Part shown: piece by piece, positions 9,301 through 16,271 of the stretch
How positions within the stretch are numbered: the first letter of the stretch is position 1
Layout of the letters: every line of letters begins with the position of its first letter
Source: an uncultured virus (IMG/VR IMGVR_UViG_3300025168_000061)
Lineage: Duplodnaviria; Heunggongvirae; Uroviricota; Caudoviricetes
IMG/VR virus record: IMGVR_UViG_3300025168_000061
Length of the DNA: 20,000 bases
Reading direction: 5' to 3' (one strand)
The notes under the pieces: generated by a model
What the model saw: the letters and a program-made list of their open reading frames with translations, nothing else
The model's database searches: none
What the model was told of the DNA's origin: nothing
Position numbers and translations under genes: made by a program

Positions 9301-9345
9301 TAATTTTATTATTTAAGTCACCCGGCTATGAATTGGGTTGGATGT
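9301..9345. repeat. 45-bp direct repeat copy 2
   Basis: taattttattatttaagtcacccggctatgaattgggttggatgt fills the gap between 9347..9808 and 9002..9295. Confidence 0.95.
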
Positions 9346-9346
9346 T

Positions 9347-9808
9347 TTATAGTCCTGCTAGTTTTTTAAATCTATTAAATTCTTCAGTCATTGGGTCAGT
9401 ATCATCTTCTTCGTATGATGGTGAGCTATATCCTTCTCCCATGTCTTCTTTTTCATCTTTCATACCATCAAGATATCCTTCTTCTTCAGCCTTAGTACGA
9501 GCATCTTCATCTACCATTTCTTTTGGTTTGCTACCACATGCCCTTTCATAAAGTTTTTCTAACTTTAGTTTAGCTTTTTCGATTTCCTTGATTTCTCTTT
9601 CCATCATTTTGACTCTTTTCTTATCAATAAGTTCTGATAGATTTTCGTCTTCGCTAACCATGTTTAGTCTTTCTTTCTTTTTATCAGCCATTTCTTGTAA
9701 GTGGTTGATTTTAGCTTCCATTGCTACTATAGCTGATTGTTTATCTATTTCAGATAATTCAGCCATGTATGATGGAGATTTTTTCTTACCTTCGTTTAAG
9801 TTTCTCAT
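9347..9808 (-). CDS. Coiled-coil/acidic hypothetical protein (scaffold-like)
   Basis: MRNLNE|G start, long coiled coil, acidic tail ending MTEEFNRFKKLAGL. Confidence 0.8.
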   Translation of the reverse strand: MRNLNEGKKKSPSYMAELSEIDKQSAIVAMEAKINHLQEMADKKKERLNMVSEDENLSELIDKKRVKMMEREIKEIEKAKLKLEKLYERACGSKPKEMVDEDARTKAEEEGYLDGMKDEKEDMGEGYSSPSYEEDDTDPMTEEFNRFKKLAGL

Positions 9809-9835
9809 TTTATATATTTTGTTATTATCGAGTTT

Positions 9836-10453
9836 TTATTTTATTTCAGATGCTAATTCACCCGCAATAGCTACTATATCTGCTGCATCTATTCCAATAT
9901 GGGCTATTTCTAATGTTTGGACTACTTGACTAGCAGCATGTGCCGCTCCTATTCCTGTGGCAATCATAGCAGCAGCTAACATACCTGCGTATATTGTTGA
10001 AGCGTCCCTTTTTGCTACTTTATCACTTTTATTTTTATATCTTTCAGGGTAAGCTGCTTTTAAACCCAATGCTATTCCCGCTATGTATTTGTGATGGAGA
10101 GAGTCGGATAATTTCTTAAACCATCTACTAAATACATTCCCATCTCCTTTATTTACTCCAAATAACCAACCAACCACTTGAGATAGTTTACCTGCAACTT
10201 TTAAAAGTCCTGGGGCTCCTAATGCTAAGGTTGCTAAAGTTACTCCTATAACCTCGTTTACTTCCTCTTTACTTGGTGGTTCATTTTTTAATTGAGCGAC
10301 AGTTGAGAGTCCTTGGTTCATAAGGTCTTCAAATTTATCCATTATTTTTTCTTCTGATTCAGTTAAGGATCTAGAGTATGGTATTTGTTGTTTCTTATCT
10401 TCCTTTAATAGCCTGTTTTCAGCTATGTATTTCCTTAAATCGAAATCGTTCAT
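9836..10453 (-). CDS. Leader-A cargo protein with Gly/Ala-rich hydrophobic helices
   Basis: MNDFDLRKYIAENRLLKE leader; hydrophobic segments VIGVTLATLALGAPGLL and IYAGMLAAAMIATGIGAAHAA. Confidence 0.8.
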   Translation of the reverse strand: MNDFDLRKYIAENRLLKEDKKQQIPYSRSLTESEEKIMDKFEDLMNQGLSTVAQLKNEPPSKEEVNEVIGVTLATLALGAPGLLKVAGKLSQVVGWLFGVNKGDGNVFSRWFKKLSDSLHHKYIAGIALGLKAAYPERYKNKSDKVAKRDASTIYAGMLAAAMIATGIGAAHAASQVVQTLEIAHIGIDAADIVAIAGELASEIK

Positions 10454-10698
10454 TTTATTATTTTTAGTTTTAAATCCGTAGAGCCTTTTATAACTCTGTG
10501 GATTTGACCCATGGGTATAAATATATTATCCCCTTCGTTTAATGTCAAAGGTAGTTCATTGTCTCGTTGGAGTTGCCATCCTTTGCCTTCTAATACTGTT
10601 ATTGTTCTGTCTTCTTGGTCTGTGTGCCATATTAAAGACATTTTATCTACGTCTTTAGAAAATGTTCTTGTTGTATTTTCGTCAGCGTATGGGTTCAT
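10450..10698 (-). CDS. Small cupin-fold protein
   Basis: WHTDQEDRTITVLEG and GDNIFIPMGQIHRV match cupin motifs 1 and 2. Confidence 0.75.
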   Translation of the reverse strand: MNPYADENTTRTFSKDVDKMSLIWHTDQEDRTITVLEGKGWQLQRDNELPLTLNEGDNIFIPMGQIHRVIKGSTDLKLKIIK

Positions 10699-10707
10699 TA
10701 TTTTAAT

Positions 10708-10995
10708 TTACATTACTTCTTTTACTTTAATATTGTACAGGTTTTTAAGTTGTTTAATAAATTCCTCTTCACCTATTTTTTTAAGAAGTTCTCTATTTTC
10801 TCTTCCATTAGTAAAGAAAACTTCATAATTTTCCGCTTCAGTAGTTGAACCAAATCTTTTACCAGATTGGTCTACTAATTCAACCTGATTTCCGTTGATG
10901 ACATCTTTAAATTCTTGTTTGGTCATGTCTTTTGGTATACTTGCTTCATACAATTTACCTTCAGCTAAATATTTTCTTAAATTGAAATTTTCCAT
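10708..10995 (-). CDS. Leader-A cargo protein
   Basis: Start revised to ATG at 10995 (MENFNLRKYLAEGKLYEA), preceded by A-rich AAAATAAA. Confidence 0.75.
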   Translation of the reverse strand: MENFNLRKYLAEGKLYEASIPKDMTKQEFKDVINGNQVELVDQSGKRFGSTTEAENYEVFFTNGRENRELLKKIGEEEFIKQLKNLYNIKVKEVM

Positions 10996-11006
10996 TTTAT
11001 TTTGTT

Positions 11007-11444
11007 TTAATCTTCTTTGCGTTCTTGCCAATCGTAAGATATACTATCTTGTGTAATAGGACCTCCTTTAGCCCATGTTCTACAAGTTCTAGCTGAGTGG
11101 CATTTGAAATTGTGCATCCAACAGTATCCTAATCTACCACTATCGTCTGATACTTTACCAGGCATACATTTATCCATTCTAGGTGAAATGTCGAATGCTA
11201 CACAATTACCACATAATGATTTTGTAGCTGCTTCTTCTGTTGTATCCCAATATGCTGCTAATTCTTTCCAATAATCTCCTGGTTCATCAACGTTTAGTGG
11301 GCCATATTTAATATAGTCTGCTTTAATTGAAGCGTCTCTATTTTTGGTATTCAGCTTGAGATCTTGAGTTGCAGTGGGACATGCCATCTTAGCTTCGTAT
11401 AGCTTATTTTCGCCTAAATATTTTCTTAAATCAAAATTTTCCAT
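11007..11444 (-). CDS. Leader-A cargo protein with Cys-rich, HiPIP-like metal-binding domain
   Basis: Start revised to ATG at 11444 (MENFDLRKYLGENKLYEA); CGNCVAF...GYC-x12-CRTW. Confidence 0.75.
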   Translation of the reverse strand: MENFDLRKYLGENKLYEAKMACPTATQDLKLNTKNRDASIKADYIKYGPLNVDEPGDYWKELAAYWDTTEEAATKSLCGNCVAFDISPRMDKCMPGKVSDDSGRLGYCWMHNFKCHSARTCRTWAKGGPITQDSISYDWQERKED

Positions 11445-11445
11445 G

Positions 11446-11922
11446 TTACTTTGTTTTACCCCATGTTTTACCTTTGCCTTTATCTTTACATTTTGCAGGT
11501 GTAGGTCTACATGAAGGGTATTTTGCACGTTTTTCACCTTTTTTTCTACCACAAGATTTATATTTCATCTTGCCGGTTTTTTTATCTTTTCTTCCTGTGT
11601 TACAGTCTACCCATCCACCTTCTTTACCTGCTGCTCCTTGACGTTTAAACCATTTATTTAATGACTCGTCTTCTTTGATAAGTTCTTGGATAAATTCTCT
11701 TAATTTAGAATATCCCGAACCATAGGGTGAGGCTTTACCTGCTTGAGGGTCATCTGCTTCTTTAACACCTTTCCAGATATCACCTTTTCTGCATCTAACT
11801 ACAGCACCAGATTTGTATGCTGAGGGTTTGTCAAATTTGCGGTCAGCAATGCGTAAACATCTATCTCGTTTTTTCTTCTTTTCAGTGATAATTTCTTGTA
11901 TGAGTTTGTTTAATCTACTCAT
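11446..11922 (-). CDS. Highly basic two-module protein, each module preceded by a leader-B-like helix
   Basis: MSRLNKLIQEIITE|...SAYKSG...; SKLREFIQELIKE|DESLNKWF...WVDC...CGR...YPSCRP; very K/R-rich. Confidence 0.75.
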   Translation of the reverse strand: MSRLNKLIQEIITEKKKKRDRCLRIADRKFDKPSAYKSGAVVRCRKGDIWKGVKEADDPQAGKASPYGSGYSKLREFIQELIKEDESLNKWFKRQGAAGKEGGWVDCNTGRKDKKTGKMKYKSCGRKKGEKRAKYPSCRPTPAKCKDKGKGKTWGKTK

Positions 11923-11923
11923 C

Positions 11924-12724
11924 CTACCAAAATGTGTTCATTTTAGAACCTAAACCTAATTGCTCGGCATATCTGGGTAGATTACAAGACCAATATCCTG
12001 CTTTTGTTCTGTCTTTTTTGTTCTTGCAGTTGTGACGTGCTGCGAATGCTTTTCTTGCTTTAGGGTTTTTGATTTTAGCTCTTAATCCACCTGATCCGAA
12101 TGATACTTTTTTAATTTTTTTCGTTTTAGGGTCTCTAACATATACGTAATATGCTTTAGATCCGCCTCGTTTTGGTTTGTTTAATGGTGGGTCTTTTTTC
12201 TTAGATTTAGCTTTCTTTTTAGCTTCGCTTAAATCTTCCTTGTGAAATAATTCTTCACTGTCTTCATTATGGGGGTTTTGAGTCATAAGTTTGCCGTTTG
12301 GCATTTTATGTACTTTACCTTTCCATTCTTTACCGTCTTTAGTGTAATGTGGAACACCCTCTTCTTCACTCACCATAGGCATATCTAAAGGTACTTCTTC
12401 GCCTTCATATAACCCAAAATTACCTAAATGTGTTTCTAGTATGGCTTGATCGTCTTCAGATACATTGATTAATTCACGTACCCATAATGCTCTTGCTTCG
12501 TTTATTAAAGCAAAATGTTTTTCGGATCCTATTCTGTATACTGATTCATGTAGTGGTACTTTTTTATCTATGTGATATTGTAGACCTTCTGATATTGTTG
12601 ATTTGACCTTATTTTCGGTTAATATTGGTGATTTTTTTCCACATCCACCACAACCACAATTGCAGTCCTTTTTCTTTGGGGGTGTTGATAATACTTCTTT
12701 TATTAGTGATCTTAGTCGTGTCAT
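11924..12724 (-). CDS. Multi-module basic protein (CNCGCGGC motif; C-terminal KVSFG...ARKAFAARHNC...AGYWSC module)
   Basis: 266 aa; leader-B-like MTRLRSLIKEVL; modules separated by LTE, ISE, VSE, LSE sites. Confidence 0.8.
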   Translation of the reverse strand: MTRLRSLIKEVLSTPPKKKDCNCGCGGCGKKSPILTENKVKSTISEGLQYHIDKKVPLHESVYRIGSEKHFALINEARALWVRELINVSEDDQAILETHLGNFGLYEGEEVPLDMPMVSEEEGVPHYTKDGKEWKGKVHKMPNGKLMTQNPHNEDSEELFHKEDLSEAKKKAKSKKKDPPLNKPKRGGSKAYYVYVRDPKTKKIKKVSFGSGGLRAKIKNPKARKAFAARHNCKNKKDRTKAGYWSCNLPRYAEQLGLGSKMNTFW

Positions 12725-12727
12725 GTG

Positions 12728-12736
12728 TATAAATAT
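12728..12736 (-). promoter_or_regulatory. Putative late-promoter motif ATATTTATA overlapping an upstream stop codon
   Basis: Minus strand TAA-TATTTATA-CAC-ATG. Confidence 0.45.
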
Positions 12737-14025
12737 TAACTATATTTTATATTACCTTCTTTATCTTCTGATTTGGTTATTCCAGCGACATCGGCCCATA
12801 ATGGATTTATAACCCATGTTCTATCATCCCAATAAAAAACTCTACTTCTTGATTTACCAGATTCATTTGTTCCCCTTAAAGAAACATATAAATTAGATAA
12901 TTCACTCATATTATTTTTAAAGGATTTTAAATTAGATAAAAATTCATCTATAGTATTTGGGTTTTTACCCTTAAAGAAGTAATTAGCTGAACCATCATTA
13001 TCTCTAAATTTATCATCTCCTGTAAAAGCTTCATAGGCTTCTTCTTTTGTTAATGGTTCTGAGAGAATTGAAGGGGCTTGGGGTCCATACTTTTGTTGTC
13101 TGTCTTTTATAAACATTGATATTTGGTAAGATTTTAATTTACCACTAAATAATCCATCAGCTATTTTAGGATCAGTTGATTTTAGTAAAGCATTATATGC
13201 TCCCAAAACAATAGGTTTTAGTTTATTACCCAATATTTGTTTACCCCTAGCAGCACCCATCCAATTTTCTACATAAGTAGCATTATCAGCTTTTAAACTA
13301 ATCTTCATGGGGGATTCTAAACCTTCAGGTGAGGGTTCAGTATTAATTTGTAAGTCATTTTTAGGATACCCCACACCTTTATAGTTAGGATCACCCAGAT
13401 ATGTTACCTTTAATGGTTTTCCTTTATATTCAAACTCCCAATCTGGGTTTGTTTTTTCTATAAATAAATTAGCCACATAAGATTCTTGGGGGTGACCTGG
13501 TACAAATGGGTGATAGATCCCGGGGTTTGTCTTTTTTTGGTTTAGATCAGGGTTGAATTTTTCTACATTTTTCCCAGTAGGTTTTAATATGGAATTTAAA
13601 GGTATAAAATATTCTTTACCTTTATAATTAATGGGAGCATAATAAGAAGTACCCTTTTTAAATAAATCTGCTTTGTCATCAGAAGAGATAGTAAATTCAT
13701 CCCCAATATTAATTTTTACATCTACTGATTCTATATTATCTTTGGTGGATTGGAATAAATTTTGGTTTTTAATAGATTTGTATAGAGTTTTTCCTTTTTT
13801 ATGGCCCTGCCAAGCATTTTCTATATATTTTTCCCATGTTCCCAAAGTTCCAGAAAAACCTGTAGCAGAACCCACCATATCAGCTTCTAATAAATTAAAT
13901 TTCTCCCCCACTATTTCACTTACCAATGTCTCCATCAACAAAACATCCTGGTCATTATTCATGTCAGGATATCCTTTGGGAAATTTATATGCGTATTGTA
14001 TGAAAAACTTATCTAAAACGTCCAT
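12736..14025 (-). CDS. Putative PD-(D/E)xK restriction-like endonuclease with N-terminal YKFPKGYPD leader
   Basis: GHPQESYVANLF helix, PKNDLQI strand, then KISLKADNATYVE; the N-terminal ~47 aa end in LLE|A. Confidence 0.55.
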   Translation of the reverse strand: MDVLDKFFIQYAYKFPKGYPDMNNDQDVLLMETLVSEIVGEKFNLLEADMVGSATGFSGTLGTWEKYIENAWQGHKKGKTLYKSIKNQNLFQSTKDNIESVDVKINIGDEFTISSDDKADLFKKGTSYYAPINYKGKEYFIPLNSILKPTGKNVEKFNPDLNQKKTNPGIYHPFVPGHPQESYVANLFIEKTNPDWEFEYKGKPLKVTYLGDPNYKGVGYPKNDLQINTEPSPEGLESPMKISLKADNATYVENWMGAARGKQILGNKLKPIVLGAYNALLKSTDPKIADGLFSGKLKSYQISMFIKDRQQKYGPQAPSILSEPLTKEEAYEAFTGDDKFRDNDGSANYFFKGKNPNTIDEFLSNLKSFKNNMSELSNLYVSLRGTNESGKSRSRVFYWDDRTWVINPLWADVAGITKSEDKEGNIKYS

Positions 14026-14050
14026 TTAGTTTATTTTATTTTATTTTATT

Positions 14051-14488
14051 TTATTCATCACTCCAGCTAGGTACTTTTTCTCTAGTATCTCTACCAGGAT
14101 AAAGATCTTTATTTGCATTGAAAAATTCAAAGTAATCTTTATCTACGTACATCCCATAACTAAAAAAATCACTATCTTTCCAATAATCATCTGCCCAAAT
14201 CTCAACCATATCTACATTGCTGGATTTCATTTTATCTTCATTCGATAAGTTTAAATCATACTTAGCCTGACCTGTGGAAAGTTGGGTTACTAAAGTATCT
14301 AAAATTTGATTTTTTTTATATCTAGAATATGAAGATAATGGTTTTTTTAAGTTAGGATTTTTATTATAAGAGTCAATTACACTTGATGGAGGGTTAAATT
14401 TATTTACAAATTTGATACCACTAATATTTTCTTTTAATACCTTGGAAATTTCCTCTTTAATTATTTTACGTAATTCTGACTTTTTCAT
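14051..14488 (-). CDS. Leader-B cargo protein
   Basis: MKKSELRKIIKEEISKVLKE then a unique domain. Confidence 0.8.
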   Translation of the reverse strand: MKKSELRKIIKEEISKVLKENISGIKFVNKFNPPSSVIDSYNKNPNLKKPLSSYSRYKKNQILDTLVTQLSTGQAKYDLNLSNEDKMKSSNVDMVEIWADDYWKDSDFFSYGMYVDKDYFEFFNANKDLYPGRDTREKVPSWSDE

Positions 14489-14497
14489 TTTATTTTA
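14434..14497. repeat. 64-bp leader-B DNA repeat, copy a
   Basis: 62/64 identical to 15088-15151; spans the translation-initiation region and leader codons. Confidence 0.9.
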
Positions 14498-14813
14498 TAA
14501 ATTTTTTAAGATCTTCTAAATCCACTGTAATCATTACATAATCACCTGCTGCTTCTACTTTAGTTGGAATTTGATTTGATATTTGTACAAATGCGTGTTT
14601 TGGGCCTAAAATTGATTTCCAAGTAGAATCATCAAATTCTGTACCATCATCATATACTACTGAAAAATCTACTGTACCATCATCATTTAAATCTCCATCG
14701 TATTCACCTGAGTCCGTTGATAGTTCAATGAAATCGTCATCTACTTCAAGAGATATATCTTCTTTTAATAGCTTGTTTTCAGATAAATATTTTCTTAAAT
14801 CGAAATTTTCCAT
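14490..14813 (-). CDS. Leader-A cargo protein (very acidic, beta-rich)
   Basis: MENFDLRKYLSENKLLKE then a D/E-rich domain. Confidence 0.8.
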   Translation of the reverse strand: MENFDLRKYLSENKLLKEDISLEVDDDFIELSTDSGEYDGDLNDDGTVDFSVVYDDGTEFDDSTWKSILGPKHAFVQISNQIPTKVEAAGDYVMITVDLEDLKKFIK

Positions 14814-14820
14814 TTTATTT
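14757..14820. repeat. 64-bp leader-A DNA repeat, copy a
   Basis: 62/64 identical to 15720-15783; more diverged copies at about 10400-10453, 10945-10995, 11394-11444 and 19040-19090. Confidence 0.9.
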
Positions 14821-14842
14821 TATTTTATTTTAATTTAAATCT

Positions 14843-15142
14843 TTATATATCCCACCATTCAGGTCTAGAAGCCCCAGATCCAAATTCATCGTTTAAAAAC
14901 ATGAGAAAATCTTCTCTTGCAGAGGTTTCAAATTCATATTCATCTTTATCATAATTGGTATTTGGGAAGTAATAATCTGCCCAATCTTTAATAACATCCA
15001 TTGGTACATCCATTTTGTAGTACCCTTTCATTTCATCATTGATTACCTGGTACATATCATCACCTTCATAATCTACTAGTTCTTCTCTTAATACCTTAGA
15101 AATTTCCTCTTTAATTATTTTACGTAATTCTGATTTTTTCAT
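14843..15142 (-). CDS. Leader-B cargo protein (acidic, aromatic-rich)
   Basis: MKKSELRKIIKEEISKVLRE then a unique domain. Confidence 0.8.
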   Translation of the reverse strand: MKKSELRKIIKEEISKVLREELVDYEGDDMYQVINDEMKGYYKMDVPMDVIKDWADYYFPNTNYDKDEYEFETSAREDFLMFLNDEFGSGASRPEWWDI

Positions 15143-15151
15143 TTTATTTTA
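15088..15151. repeat. 64-bp leader-B DNA repeat, copy b
   Basis: 62/64 identical to 14434-14497. Confidence 0.9.
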
Positions 15152-15164
15152 ATTTATTTTATTT

Positions 15165-15776
15165 TTAAAAGAAAGATTCTTTATTTTGTACTATAAGATT
15201 AAAGTCTAATTCTGGGGAGTCAGCTGAGAGTCTGCTTAAAGCTATTTTAAAAGCTTCATCAAACTCGTTTCTATAACCTAAATCCAATCCTTCTTCCTCA
15301 GCTGCATCATCAATATATTCTCTCATGTACCCACCTTCTTCAGTATCTAAAAATGGGTTGAAGGCTTCATTTAATTTAGATGAATCACCGTTATGATTGA
15401 TTAAATATATTTTATTATACTTTGACATTAAACTGTTTAATTCATCTTTACCATTAATAGCTTTCCAATTTTTAGGATCTGTAAAAAATGTTGAAATGTA
15501 ATTTGGGTCTGTATTAGGGTAGTTATCATTGAATATATCTATTACTTTTTTATTTTTAGATAAATTACCAGTTACAGATGAAATGGAGTTTGAAGTATCC
15601 TTTACTGCCGTATTATAAACTATAAATCCTATTTTTTTAGGTTCAACAAACCCAGGTGCTAATTTAGAATCATCAGAAACATACAATACTACTCCATCAT
15701 CTATTAAATCAGAAGCTTGATCTTCTTTTAATAGCTTGTTTTCAGCTAAATATTTTCTTAAATCGAAATTTTTCAT
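15165..15776 (-). CDS. Leader-A cargo protein, two modules split at KLNE|A
   Basis: MKNFDLRKYLAENKLLKE leader; an internal LNE precedes an acidic helical module. Confidence 0.8.
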   Translation of the reverse strand: MKNFDLRKYLAENKLLKEDQASDLIDDGVVLYVSDDSKLAPGFVEPKKIGFIVYNTAVKDTSNSISSVTGNLSKNKKVIDIFNDNYPNTDPNYISTFFTDPKNWKAINGKDELNSLMSKYNKIYLINHNGDSSKLNEAFNPFLDTEEGGYMREYIDDAAEEEGLDLGYRNEFDEAFKIALSRLSADSPELDFNLIVQNKESFF

Positions 15777-15783
15777 TTTATTT
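15720..15783. repeat. 64-bp leader-A DNA repeat, copy b
   Basis: 62/64 identical to 14757-14820. Confidence 0.9.
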
Positions 15784-15794
15784 CATTTTAATTT

Positions 15795-16271
15795 TTACAC
15801 TTCTACATCTGTTGTATCATCTATGGTTACATCCACTTCTGTGTCTTCGCCTCCACCTTCATCTCCGCCACCCATATCAAATGAATCATCTTCACCACCC
15901 TCTACTTCAGGAGCTCCATATCGTAATATACGAGAAATTGCTTCAGCAGCACGCTGTTCTTCAGGGAGGTTTAATAAATAATATTTTTTTCCTTCTATTT
16001 GAGCTATCCAACTTCTACTCATCCATATTAGATAGAATTCTTCGTTGTTTTTTAAATTGACTCTAAATGTAGTAGGACGAGGTGCAACCCAATCTATAGA
16101 AGCTACAAATGAATTAAAATCCGCAGTTAAAAAAGATACTATGACTTTCTTTAATTCTGGGAATTTAGTCAGTTCATCGTATTCGACAGAAGCTATTTCG
16201 GCTTTCTTTTTGTCGCTTATGACTTCAAAGGCTAACCCTTTAATCTTTTCTTTTAACTCGGCTTTTGTCAT
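15795..16271 (-). CDS. Hypothetical protein with leader-B-like start and Gly/acidic tail
   Basis: MTKAELKEKIK..., globular core WVAPRPTTFRVNL, tail EGGEDDSFDMGGGDEGGGEDTEVDV; TAATG coupling with the upstream gene. Confidence 0.8.
   Translation of the reverse strand: MTKAELKEKIKGLAFEVISDKKKAEIASVEYDELTKFPELKKVIVSFLTADFNSFVASIDWVAPRPTTFRVNLKNNEEFYLIWMSRSWIAQIEGKKYYLLNLPEEQRAAEAISRILRYGAPEVEGGEDDSFDMGGGDEGGGEDTEVDVTIDDTTDVEV

Noticed and set aside
8949..9345. CRISPR array interpretation of the 45-bp repeats
   Set aside because: Only two copies, separated by 307 bp containing a complete gene; no cas genes in the window.
14783..14790. ATATTTAT inside leader-A coding sequence as a promoter
   Set aside because: Explained by Lys-Tyr-Leu-Ser codons and not preserved in the other leader-A copies.
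14051..15783. Diversity-generating retroelement TR/VR or integron/shufflon
   Set aside because: Repeats are at gene 5' ends with only two mismatches each, all in direct orientation; no reverse transcriptase, integrase or invertase in the window.
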